Source: Verrucomicrobiales bacterium
GTDB lineage: Bacteria; Verrucomicrobiota; Verrucomicrobiia; Limisphaerales; J093
Direction of reading: 5' to 3'
DNA length: 64,000 nt
NCBI GenBank assembly: GCA_024233215.1
Contig: JACKPW010000015.1
Location: forward strand, 84,253-148,252
Of the stretch, positions 31,381 through 40,675 are shown piece after piece; position 1 is the first letter of the stretch; the number at the start of each line of letters is the position of its first letter. The notes under the pieces were generated by a model, which was given only the letters and a program-made list of their open reading frames with translations, had not been told where the DNA came from and made no database searches. The position numbers and the translations under genes are program-made.

Positions 31381-31761
31381 TTGCTTGATGCGGTGCTGGC
31401 CTGTATTTGCGAAGTTGTGCAAACTGGTAAGGGCAGACTGTTTGAGTTGCATGCCGAGCTCTGCAGCACGATGGCCAATCCCAAACGACTGGCAATTCTG
31501 GAGTCGCTGCATCACGGGGAACGCAGCGTGACCGGGATCGCCGAGGAGGTCGGGACGTCCATTACGACCGTCAGCCAGCACCTGCGCCTGCTGCGGGACA
31601 AGCACGTGGTCGAGACCCGCAAAGACGGGCAGACCGTCTACTACCGGTTGCGCGACCCGCGCATGGTGGACGCCTGCAACATCATCCGCGCCGTCCTGCT
31701 CGACGGCATGGCCGCCCAGGGAGCGGTCGCCGGCCGGGAACGGGAGTCCGGTTCCCGGTAG
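31381..31761 (+). CDS. ArsR/SmtB-family transcriptional regulator
   Basis: Winged-HTH core ANPKRLAILESLHHGERSVTGIAEEVGTSITTVSQHLRLLRDKHVVETRKDGQTVYYRL. The start is uncertain: TTG at 31381, in-frame GTGs at 31393 and 31417, or ATG at 31471. Confidence 0.85.
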   Translation: MLDAVLACICEVVQTGKGRLFELHAELCSTMANPKRLAILESLHHGERSVTGIAEEVGTSITTVSQHLRLLRDKHVVETRKDGQTVYYRLRDPRMVDACNIIRAVLLDGMAAQGAVAGRERESGSR

Positions 31762-31985
31762 AGCAGACCCGACGAGTCCGGTCCGGGGTGATCGCACTCG
31801 ATCCCCGTTCGCGGCGGCTTCCACAGCGCATGGCATCGCTTCAAGAAGACCGGGATCGCGAAACCGAACCTGCTGCAGTTGATGGATCGGATGGATACCA
31901 GAGCGGGGGGATGCCTTGCCGTCTGGCGATCAGCCCACCGTCACCGGACAGTGACGTCGCCAGCCCCGTCGATGACCGGCTTACA

Positions 31986-32166
31986 AGCCATAACGACTCG
32001 GCAGGAACCACGAATCAACACGAATCAACACGAATGGGAGGGCACTGCGACGGCAGGCAGGGTTCGCCCTCCGTCACTACCGGGTGGCTCCCAGTCATCG
32101 GTCCTGCCGGCCCTGAAAACTGCAGTCTTATTCGTGTGGATTGGTGTCCATTCGCGGTTGGACTGC
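31986..32166 (+). repeat. Hairpin element B (ACGAATCAAC-type arms), the best-preserved copy
   Basis: The box AGCCATAACGACT is at 31986. The left arm is 32006-32035 (AACCACGAATCAACACGAATCAACACGAAT) and the right arm is 32130-32159 (ATTCGTGTGGATTGGTGTCCATTCGCGGTT), 25/30 complementary by hand. The central ACCGGGTGGC is at 32079-32088 and the 3' box GGTTGGACTGC at 32156-32166. Confidence 0.85.
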
Positions 32167-32305
32167 CTGTAGACGGCCTATTCTGGCTCTCGCGTCGTCC
32201 GCGGATTTGACGGGACGTCGTCATTGCCCCCTTACGGTTGAGGGTCCCGGCGTGGAGGGAGGGTAACCCGCAAATTGCTTTGCGCCGGGGGAGCTTTCTT
32301 TCACC

Positions 32306-34939
32306 ATGCCCCACCGCATGGCGTCACCGGGCAAGAGCAAGAGCGGGGGCAACCTCACTCCGATGATGGCGCAGTATCGCCGGATCAAGGGCGAGCTGCC
32401 GCCTGGCACGCTGTTGCTGTTCCGGTTGGGGGATTTCTACGAGATGTTCCTGGACGACGCCAAGATCGGCGCCGCCCTTCTCAACGTCGCCCTGACCAAG
32501 CGCGGCGACCTGCCGATGTGCGGCATCCCCTACCACGCCGCCAACGGTTACATTGGCCGGTTGCTCAAGGCCGGCCGGCGCGTGGCGGTGTGTGACCAGG
32601 TGGAGGACGCCAAACCCGGCAAGCTCGTCAAGCGCGAGGTCACGCAGATCCTCAGTCCGGGCGCTCATTTTGATGAACGGATGCTCGCCGCGGAGCGGAA
32701 CAACTACCTCGCTGCCATCGCGGCCGGTGGATCGACCTATGGCATCGCGGTCGCCGATCTGACCACCGGGGAGTTGAAGGCAACGGAAGTCAAGGGCGAG
32801 CCGGCGTTGTTGTCGGAGTTGGAACGACTGCGACCGGCCGAACTGATTCTGCCATCGGAGGCGGCGGAGCTGCGGCATCTGGTGCAGCCGGCCTTCAGCC
32901 TCATGAACGATTATGAGGACTGGGTGTTTGCGGCCGACAACGCGCGGTTCACGCTGCGGGACCACTTCAAGGTCGGCACGCTGGACGGCTACGGACTGAA
33001 GGGGCGTTCCGCGGCCATCGGCGCGGCGGGGGCGGTGCTGCACTACCTGATGCACGAACTGCGACGGGAGGTGAACCACATCACTGGTGTGGCCTTCTAT
33101 GAGACCAGCGAGTTCCTGATCCTGGATCCCACCACCCTCCGGAATCTGGAGGTGCTGCAGCCGCTCCATCGCGACGCACCGCGAAATGCCTGTCTCTATG
33201 GTGCCCTGAACCGGACCGTCACGCCGATGGGGGCCCGCCGCCTGCGGGACTGGTTGTCACAACCGCTTTCGGCGGCGGAACCGATCCGGCGCCGGCAGGG
33301 CGCGGTGGAAACCTGGTTGGCGAACACGGCGGCCCTGGACACGTTCCGGGCGGCCCTGACGGAGGTGCGCGACCTGGAACGAACCCTGGGCCGGCTGAGT
33401 GCCGGGACGGGAAACGCCCGGGATCTCCTGGCCTTGCGGGTGGCCTTGGAACAGGTGCCGGCGTTGCAGGCCCTCCTGGCGGATCTCACCCCGGCGGCGG
33501 AGGCGGTTCGCGAAGCCTGGTTTGGTGACGATGGTGAACCCTCCATTGAGGAACCGGCGGAGGTGGCCGCGACCCCGCCGGTCGGCTCCGGCCCCTTGCT
33601 CGTGGAGTTGTGCGGACGGCTGATGCCGTTGCCGGAAGTGGTGGACCTGTTGGCCCGCGCCATTACGGACGAACCGCCCGCCATCCTGCGCGACGGGGGA
33701 GTGATTCGTGACGGCTACGATCCGGGGCTGGATGAACTCCGGTCGGCCTCACGCGAAGGGAAGGACTGGATCGCCCGGCTGCAGCAGCAGGAGATTGAGC
33801 GGACCGGAATCCCGTCGCTCAAGGTCCGGTTCAATTCCGTGTTCGGCTACTACATCGAGGTGACCCGGGCGAATTTGGACAAGGTGCCGGAGGATTACGT
33901 CCGCAAACAGACCATCGCCAACGGCGAACGCTACATCACGCCGGCGTTGAAGGAGATGGAGGCGAAGATTCTGGGGGCCCAGGAGCGGGGGGTGAAGCTG
34001 GAATACGAGCTCTTCCAACGGGTGCGCGAGGAGGTGTTGTCGCAGCTCGCCTCGATCCAGCAGACCGCGAGGACCCTGGGCGAACTCGACGTCTTGACCG
34101 GTTTTGCCGAAACGGCGCGATTGCACGATTACTGCCGGCCCGAGGTGGGGGAGGACGGGCGGATTGAGATTCGGGACGGACGGCATCCGGTGATCGAACA
34201 GGTGCTGGTGGAGGAGCGCTTCGTGCCGAACGACACCCACCTGAACGGCGCCGATCAGCAGGTGATGTTGATCACCGGACCGAACATGGCCGGCAAGAGC
34301 ACCTACATCCGACAGGCCGCCCTGCTGGCTCTCCTGGCCCACACCGGGAGCTTCGTGCCCGCCGCCTCGGCCCGGATCGATTTGCTCGATCGCATCTTTA
34401 CGCGCATCGGAGCCAGTGACGATCTCTCCCGCGGGCAATCGACCTTCATGGTCGAGATGAGCGAGACGGCGAACATCCTGAACAACGCCACGCGGCACAG
34501 CCTGGTGATTTTGGATGAGGTGGGGCGGGGCACGAGCACTTTCGACGGTCTGAGCCTGGCGTGGAGCATCGTGGAGCATTTGCACAACCAGGTCGGGGCT
34601 CTCACCCTCTTCGCGACGCACTACCATGAACTCACGGAACTGGCCGGCAAACTCGGGCGCGTGAAGAACTTCAACGTGGCGGTACGCGAGTGGAACGACC
34701 AGATCGTCTTCCTGCACAAGATTGTGGAGGGCGGTGCCGACAAGAGCTACGGCATCCAGGTGGCCCGGTTGGCCGGGGTGCCCAAGGCGGTGGTGGACCG
34801 GGCCAAGGTGATCCTCGGGAACCTGGAGGAATCGGAACTGACACCGGAAGGGAACGTGCGTCGGCGCCGCAAGCATCGGGCCGAGCGCGAAACCCTGCAG
34901 GAGCTGGAGCCGCCGCCGCAATTGGACTTGTTCGGGTAA
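32306..34939 (+). CDS. mutS: DNA mismatch repair protein MutS
   Basis: 877 aa. The N-terminus is TPMMAQYRRIKGELPPGTLLLFRLGDFYEMF and the Walker A is GPNMAGKST. STFMVEMSE and DEVGRGTSTFDG are also present. Confidence 0.96.
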   Translation: MPHRMASPGKSKSGGNLTPMMAQYRRIKGELPPGTLLLFRLGDFYEMFLDDAKIGAALLNVALTKRGDLPMCGIPYHAANGYIGRLLKAGRRVAVCDQVEDAKPGKLVKREVTQILSPGAHFDERMLAAERNNYLAAIAAGGSTYGIAVADLTTGELKATEVKGEPALLSELERLRPAELILPSEAAELRHLVQPAFSLMNDYEDWVFAADNARFTLRDHFKVGTLDGYGLKGRSAAIGAAGAVLHYLMHELRREVNHITGVAFYETSEFLILDPTTLRNLEVLQPLHRDAPRNACLYGALNRTVTPMGARRLRDWLSQPLSAAEPIRRRQGAVETWLANTAALDTFRAALTEVRDLERTLGRLSAGTGNARDLLALRVALEQVPALQALLADLTPAAEAVREAWFGDDGEPSIEEPAEVAATPPVGSGPLLVELCGRLMPLPEVVDLLARAITDEPPAILRDGGVIRDGYDPGLDELRSASREGKDWIARLQQQEIERTGIPSLKVRFNSVFGYYIEVTRANLDKVPEDYVRKQTIANGERYITPALKEMEAKILGAQERGVKLEYELFQRVREEVLSQLASIQQTARTLGELDVLTGFAETARLHDYCRPEVGEDGRIEIRDGRHPVIEQVLVEERFVPNDTHLNGADQQVMLITGPNMAGKSTYIRQAALLALLAHTGSFVPAASARIDLLDRIFTRIGASDDLSRGQSTFMVEMSETANILNNATRHSLVILDEVGRGTSTFDGLSLAWSIVEHLHNQVGALTLFATHYHELTELAGKLGRVKNFNVAVREWNDQIVFLHKIVEGGADKSYGIQVARLAGVPKAVVDRAKVILGNLEESELTPEGNVRRRRKHRAERETLQELEPPPQLDLFG

Positions 34940-34950
34940 CGGAATACCTC

Positions 34951-35132
34951 AGCCGTAACGATTTAGTGGAGAACCACGAATCCACCCGAATCGACACGAA
35001 TGGGAGGGCATTCCGAGGGCCGCCAGGTCGCGGCTTCCGCCAGCGCCGGGTGGCCTCCACGCAGCGTTCCCACCGTTCTTGAGAACCGCGTTCTCACTCT
35101 CCTGCACTGCTGTCGGTTCGTGGTTGAACTGC
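34951..35132 (+). repeat. Hairpin element C (ACGAAT-type arms, degenerate right arm)
   Basis: The box AGCCGTAACGATT starts 11 nt after the mutS stop. The left arm is AACCACGAATCCACCCGAATCGACACGAATGGGAGGG. The central GCCGGGTGGC is at 35045-35054 and the 3' box GGTTGAACTGC at 35122-35132. Confidence 0.75.
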
Positions 35133-35155
35133 ATGGGAACGACTGAGCCTGGTAA

Positions 35156-35270
35156 GAGCAGTTGAACCGCAGATACACGCAGATAGACACGGATTTCCAA
35201 GGACTTGCCGAAACGCTCCTTCTCCCCGTTGGTGAGCGCATCCGACCACCGCTGAGGTCTCAGGTTGACC
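35156..35270 (-). repeat. Truncated hairpin element D (GCAGAT-type arm), inverted relative to C
   Basis: GCAGTTGAACCGCAGATACACGCAGATAGACACGGATTTCCAAGGACTT closely matches the reverse complement of the right arm and core start of element A. The second arm is missing. Confidence 0.65.
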
Positions 35271-35487
35271 GTGCTCCTGGCGGTGACATGTCCGGGTTTG
35301 GGCACGGCGGAGGCTGTCGTCGCGAGTTGTTGTTCAAGCTTGACCGGCAGGCGGTTATGAAGTATGAAAGCCGGCATTGCATTTGTCCGGCTCCCGCAGG
35401 GCAAGGGACTTTGGAGGGGATGTCCGGACGAGTGCCAGGCGGTTTTGACCAAGAGCGAAGTTTCACTGACAACCTTATCTCCGGCAT

Positions 35488-36198
35488 ATGCAGCAACTGA
35501 AACCACGGAATCGCAGTCGGATCACGCCCAGGGCCTTTGCCGCGTTGGCCGCGGTGTTGGGCATTGGAATGGCGCAGGCGGGATACCTCATCGAGATCGA
35601 TACCGATGCCGCTGATGACGGCATCCTGACCTACAATTCTCATTTCAGCTTCGGTGGGGACACCACCGCGGCGTCGCAGAGCAGTCCCAGTCCTGCGTTC
35701 GGTATGACCGGTGGCGACAGTATTTTCGGCGGGGATGCGGTGTCCGGGCCGGATACCTATATCTACACCTACGATCCGGGCACGGACGCTGACAACCTGG
35801 TGATCCCGCTCGGGACCGACCTGGGGCTCGACCTGGTTGCCAGCGGCATCACGGGAGGTGCTCCCGGTCTCTATGCGGTGTTCACCACCTGGCCGAGCAC
35901 GGCAAACGTGACCGGCGGGTTGACGACGTTTACCGTGGATACCGAGGGGGACACGTTCTCCGTCAGCCTGGACCAGAACGGCAAGGGCAGCGAGTGGTAC
36001 AAGCTCGGCGAGATCTACTGGAATGGCGGCTCCACTCCCATCACCGTGACCCAGGAGTCGGGTGCCAATACCTTTGTCTCCATGCGGGCGGCAGGTGTGC
36101 TCTTCGAGCCTGTCGCCGTGCCTGAACCGTCCAGTTTCGCCTTGGGCGTGTTGGGGGCACTGGCGCTGGGAGTGGGATCCCGCAGGCGCCGCCGGTAG
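35488..36198 (+). CDS. PEP-CTERM sorting-domain secreted protein
   Basis: 236 aa with a signal peptide. The C-terminus VPEPSSFALGVLGALALGVGSRRRRR is the PEP-CTERM motif, a TM helix and an Arg tail. Confidence 0.88.
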   Translation: MQQLKPRNRSRITPRAFAALAAVLGIGMAQAGYLIEIDTDAADDGILTYNSHFSFGGDTTAASQSSPSPAFGMTGGDSIFGGDAVSGPDTYIYTYDPGTDADNLVIPLGTDLGLDLVASGITGGAPGLYAVFTTWPSTANVTGGLTTFTVDTEGDTFSVSLDQNGKGSEWYKLGEIYWNGGSTPITVTQESGANTFVSMRAAGVLFEPVAVPEPSSFALGVLGALALGVGSRRRRR

Positions 36199-36314
36199 TT
36201 GCTGCGCTGCTCCGGCAGCAATCACATCACTCACGCACCCGGGCCTCTTGGGTCCGGGTGCCGTCTTTTCGGGGCGTTCCGTTCTTCGGGCGGGTGCTTT
36301 CGCGTTCGCCGCAC

Positions 36315-36481
36315 AGCCTTCATTCCGGAAACCGCAGATCAACGCGGATCAACGCAGACAAGTCCTTCGGCCTGATCGCCCGATCTCCCATGGGTGTCTT
36401 CCCCACCGGGTGGCACGGGATGATTCAGTTGGTCTTCGGGGATGTGCGTCCATCCACGTTCCAACGGCTCTTTCGAGGTTC
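36315..36481 (+). repeat. Hairpin element E (GCAGATCAAC-type arms, degenerate right arm)
   Basis: The left arm is AAACCGCAGATCAACGCGGATCAACGCAGACAAGTCC. The core starts TTCGGCCTGA as in A. The central ACCGGGTGGC is at 36405-36414, and the right end GGCTCTTTCGAGGTTC resembles A's CTGCTCTTTCCAGGTTC. Confidence 0.75.
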
Positions 36482-36571
36482 ATGCGATACCCGGACACCG
36501 GAGGTTGAGTTGTGACTCGTGGAACTCGTCCCTCCGACCGGTCCTACGACGGGTCGATCGGTTGATCTCGG

Positions 36572-38251
36572 TTATTCCGACTGGATCTTGATCTCCGCCC
36601 AATACGCGGCTTCGTAGCTCCAACCGGTCGGCTGATTGACCAGTTCCAACGTCACGCTCCTTCCCGCGAACTCGCTCAGGTCGATCTCCTGCTCCAGCCA
36701 GTGGCCGTCGGTGCAGGTGGTGGCGTTGACCGATTGGCGCCGGAGTTCCCGGTCGTTGGCCCGCACCCGCAGCTCGAAGTCACCCTGCGGATCATGCCCG
36801 ACCACGAGGTGCAATCGTGTTTTCCGTCCTGCCGGAACTTCGACCGTCCGGTTGAGGACACAGCCGGTTTGCTGATCGAGCGGGTGAACGCACAACACGT
36901 TCCGCCGGCCATCCCACTCCTCGCGCAGGCCGGGATTCATGTCCGGGCCGCAGTCGGCGACTTTCCAGCCGGGGAACAGCTTCGCCGCGGCGCGGTTGAC
37001 CGCCTCGGGAGTCGTGCCGAACTTGATCCGGTTCATCTCTTCGGGGCTGAAGCGGCTGCCCGCGATGGGGCCCGGGGCCCAGCTGAGTTCCAGTTTCGAG
37101 GGCTTCGGTTCCACGACCGGAATCACAAACACCTCCTCGCCGTTCGCAGCCCGTTCGATGCGCCCCCCGTGTCGGACGACGAACTGCCGGGCCAACTTCT
37201 CGCAAACGTCCAGCAGTCGGGGGAAGTTGTAGGCGGTGTGGCTGAACTCGCGGTCCTCGTCCAGGCCGGTGTTGAACCGGGCGGGTAGGGCGGCATACCC
37301 AATGGTGGTGAAAAGGACGCCGGCCGAACTCGATGGATTGCAGTCCGAATCCATGCCGGAGCGACAGGAGACCAGGATGGTCCGGTCAAGGTCGCGATTG
37401 CCGTACAGCAGGCCCAGCAGCACATAGGCGCCATTGATCTTGCAGTCGATTCCCCCGTTCGATGCCTGCTGATACTCGGGATTCTCGCGGTATTTCTTCT
37501 GGCACAGCCGCCAGGTCTGCTCCCAATCCACAGGGTCCGCCTGGTGCCACGCCAGGAGGTCCCGCACCATTTCGGCATACTGACTCTCTGCGGGAATCGC
37601 CTTCAGACCCGCGCGCACGATCTCTACTGGATCGCTCTCGAAGAACGCCTCGGCATACATTGCCCCCATGAACTGCCCGGCGTACATGCCGTCGCCGTAG
37701 TTCATCAATCGACCGAACTTTTCCCCGAGATCGATGGCCGCCTGCGGCAAGCCGGGGGCGATCAGGCCGGAGTAATCCGCCTCGATCTGGTAATCGATGT
37801 CGTTCGGGCAGCGGGTGAATTGCGGATGACTCGAGTCCGGGGGCGCGATGCCGCGACGCAGGTTTCGCCGGCCATTGTCGTTTGCGCACCAGAGCGGGTA
37901 ACCGCTGTTGGCAAAGTCGATGCCCGCCTGACGGATGTTGACATCGATGCCGTGTTCCTCCAGCGACCGCAGGAACGTCATCTCCACGTAGAGATCGTCC
38001 TGGCCGAAAGCGTGGTTGATCATCTCCGGTTTCCATTGCGGCATGCGGTCGGCCGGGATGATCTGGTCCTTCCACTTGAACTCGGTCGGCGCGCCCCAGG
38101 CGACGCCGGCGATCTGGCCGATCCAGCCGCCCTTCATCTTGTCGCGGTATTCCTTCACCGGCAGCCGTCGCCACGCGTCGGCGGCGTGTGAGTGGGACGA
38201 ACCGCCAACCACGCAGGCCAGCAACAGAGCGGAGCAGAGACGGGTTTTCAT
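36572..38251 (-). CDS. Secreted ADP-ribosylglycohydrolase-fold protein with a C-terminal beta-rich extension
   Basis: Start placed at the ATG at 38251 (MKTRLCSALLLACVVGGSSHSHA, a signal peptide). ARH-family motifs are DKMKGGWIGQIAGVAWGAPTEF and GMDSDCNPSSSAG. Length is 559 aa. Confidence 0.8.
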   Translation of the reverse strand: MKTRLCSALLLACVVGGSSHSHAADAWRRLPVKEYRDKMKGGWIGQIAGVAWGAPTEFKWKDQIIPADRMPQWKPEMINHAFGQDDLYVEMTFLRSLEEHGIDVNIRQAGIDFANSGYPLWCANDNGRRNLRRGIAPPDSSHPQFTRCPNDIDYQIEADYSGLIAPGLPQAAIDLGEKFGRLMNYGDGMYAGQFMGAMYAEAFFESDPVEIVRAGLKAIPAESQYAEMVRDLLAWHQADPVDWEQTWRLCQKKYRENPEYQQASNGGIDCKINGAYVLLGLLYGNRDLDRTILVSCRSGMDSDCNPSSSAGVLFTTIGYAALPARFNTGLDEDREFSHTAYNFPRLLDVCEKLARQFVVRHGGRIERAANGEEVFVIPVVEPKPSKLELSWAPGPIAGSRFSPEEMNRIKFGTTPEAVNRAAAKLFPGWKVADCGPDMNPGLREEWDGRRNVLCVHPLDQQTGCVLNRTVEVPAGRKTRLHLVVGHDPQGDFELRVRANDRELRRQSVNATTCTDGHWLEQEIDLSEFAGRSVTLELVNQPTGWSYEAAYWAEIKIQSE

Positions 38252-38261
38252 GAGCCGCAGG

Positions 38262-40553
38262 CTATCGACGACGCGTGGCCGCGCAAGCCCCATTGTGCGC
38301 CGGGAATTCCGTGGCGAGGGCACGATTCGCTCCGTAACGGTCCGCAACGCGAAACACGACGCGGGTGGCATCGACCCCGTCCGCAAGCAACCCCGGGTCG
38401 TCCACCTCCACGATCAGTTGGTCCCCGGCGGGATCGGAGGAGAAGGAACGCGACATCACCTTGCGACCGCCCACATAGCCCTCGATGCGCAACTCCGGAT
38501 GGCCGGTGCCGGTCGGCTCGATGTCCAGATCCACGAAGAACGGGGCATGCTTCAGGTGCGGGTAGTGGGTCGTGTCCGGTTCCAGGCTGGCGTGGGGCTG
38601 GTTGTCGATGAAGACCTGCAGTCGGTCGCAGTTCGAGAAGATGGCGGCGTGTTTGCCTGGGCCGCGCGGGGTCTGGTCACCGAAGTCCCAATAGAAGTTC
38701 GGCTCGATGACCAGCCGGACTGCGGGATCGCCCTGGGCGAGGTAGAATGATGCCCCCAGTTTGGGCACGCGGAAGACGTCGGCCACGCCGGGGTGCTTGA
38801 GGGTTTGGATGGCGTTGACGGGACTGCCGTATTCGAAGCCGCACCACGCGATCACACCGCAGATTCGGGGATACGCCGCCGCCTTGCTGTGGGCCTGGGC
38901 ATGGCGCAACGCCTGCAGTTCCTGCGCCTTGATGTCACCGGCGCGCCGGTAGTAGCTGTCGAAGCGCTTGCCGGTCTCGTAGTTGAACTGTCCGACCGCC
39001 TCGGCCAACAGATAGGGAACCCCCGGCGTGGGGGGCAGGATGCCCACCGTCCCGTCGGGCGCCGCATGGTAGTCGTCGAAGGCGAAGACATCCTCGTGCC
39101 AGTTCGTCTCCCAATCTTCCCGGCTGCCGGGCGTCATCGATCCGGAAGTCGGCCGCGTGTCATCGAGCGATCTGGCCACGGCCCGGGTTCGGTCATACAA
39201 CTCGACGTCGTTGACGGATTCGTTGGCCCGCGTACCCCAGATGACAATCGACGGCCGGTTCCGGTCACGCAGGATCATGTCGCGGGTGTCCCGGACGAGC
39301 AGGTCCTTCCAGGCGTCGTTGCCCAGGTAGCCCCAGCCCGGCACCTCCTCCCACACCAGCAAGCCGAGCTCATCGCACGCGTCAAGAAAGGCCGGCGACT
39401 GCGGGTAGTGCGAGCAGCGGACGAAGTTGCAGTGCAAGTCGTGTTTCAGAATCTCCGCGTCGCGACGCATCACGCGCGGGGGCATGGCATAGCCCACGTA
39501 GGGATAAAGCTCGTGCCGGTTCAGCCCAAAGATCTGGAGCCGGCGCCCGTTCAGATGGAACCCGTCGAGTTCGAAGCGCGCCTCGCGGAAGCCGATGCGG
39601 GTCTCGTGACCATGCACGGGCTTGCCGTCGATCAACAGCGTCGTCACCACCCGGTAGAGGTGTGGGGTGTCGACGTCCCAGAGCTTGACCGCCTCCAAGT
39701 CGGAAAGCGTCAGGGTTAACGGAGTGGGTCCGGTTTTCGTCAACTCGATGGGGGTCTGCACGCGGGAGACGGGCCGTCTCCCTGCCAGGAGTTCGACCCT
39801 GAGTTCCGCCGATGCGGCAGGCTGCAGGGCCGCGTCCAGGGTGCAGTGCACCTCGAGTTTGCGGTCGTCGCTGAGAACGTCCACCGGCCTGGCGAAGACA
39901 TCGCTGATGAACAAGGGCGGCACGGCGCGCAACCGGACCGATCGATGGATGCCGCCCGGTTCCAGGTAGTCGATGCGTTGCGGCCCCTTTTCCGAACCCT
40001 GCGGAGGCACGTTGCTCCAGCGGGAATCAACGGCCACCGCCAGGAGGTTTTCACCCTCGCGAATCCAGTCGGTGATCTCGTGTTGGAAGGGGAGGTAACC
40101 CCCAAGGTGTTTTGGCAACTTGTGTCCGTTGATGACCGGTTCCGCTCCGACCATTGCGCCGTCGAACTCAATAAAGACCCGACAGCCTGCGAATGCGGCC
40201 GGCAGGTCAAAACGCCGCCGGTAGCACCACACGTCCTGCCAGCTCTTCCAGTCCCAGTCGTGCCAGGAGAGGGCTGTCACGCAATGGGGCAACGTGACCC
40301 GGGCGAAGCGGGAATCGTCGAAATCCGGAGCCAGGGCTCCCGGTTCGAGCCGGCCTCCGAACCGCCAGTCCTGGTCGAGCGCCAGGACGTGGCACGCCGG
40401 ACCGCGGTTGCCGTTCCCCAGGCGACCCGGGGTGCTGCGGCAACCGACGAGGGGCAGGGCGGCCAGGGTTGAGGCCCCGACGACACAGTCCCGCACAAAG
40501 CTGCGGCGGGAGATTTCCCTGGGGGCGGATAGATGAACCTCGGACGATGTCAT
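38262..40553 (-). CDS. Glycoside hydrolase family 2 (beta-galactosidase/glucuronidase/mannosidase-like), Tat-signal
   Basis: 763 aa. The Tat-like N-terminus is SRRSFVRDCVVGASTLAALPL. GH2 TIM-barrel motifs are GLNRHELYPY, VRCSHYPQSPAFLDACDELGLLVWEEVPGWGY. Confidence 0.88.
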   Translation of the reverse strand: MTSSEVHLSAPREISRRSFVRDCVVGASTLAALPLVGCRSTPGRLGNGNRGPACHVLALDQDWRFGGRLEPGALAPDFDDSRFARVTLPHCVTALSWHDWDWKSWQDVWCYRRRFDLPAAFAGCRVFIEFDGAMVGAEPVINGHKLPKHLGGYLPFQHEITDWIREGENLLAVAVDSRWSNVPPQGSEKGPQRIDYLEPGGIHRSVRLRAVPPLFISDVFARPVDVLSDDRKLEVHCTLDAALQPAASAELRVELLAGRRPVSRVQTPIELTKTGPTPLTLTLSDLEAVKLWDVDTPHLYRVVTTLLIDGKPVHGHETRIGFREARFELDGFHLNGRRLQIFGLNRHELYPYVGYAMPPRVMRRDAEILKHDLHCNFVRCSHYPQSPAFLDACDELGLLVWEEVPGWGYLGNDAWKDLLVRDTRDMILRDRNRPSIVIWGTRANESVNDVELYDRTRAVARSLDDTRPTSGSMTPGSREDWETNWHEDVFAFDDYHAAPDGTVGILPPTPGVPYLLAEAVGQFNYETGKRFDSYYRRAGDIKAQELQALRHAQAHSKAAAYPRICGVIAWCGFEYGSPVNAIQTLKHPGVADVFRVPKLGASFYLAQGDPAVRLVIEPNFYWDFGDQTPRGPGKHAAIFSNCDRLQVFIDNQPHASLEPDTTHYPHLKHAPFFVDLDIEPTGTGHPELRIEGYVGGRKVMSRSFSSDPAGDQLIVEVDDPGLLADGVDATRVVFRVADRYGANRALATEFPAHNGACAATRRR

Positions 40554-40675
40554 GTGCCGGCGAGATTACGCTCCCGGGTGTCGATGAACCAGCCGCGACG
40601 GTGCACTACGGCGACGGGATTGGACGGCTCAGGTGGCTTGACAGGGGGGCGCGGTCGGACGAGAACGGGTTCGCA

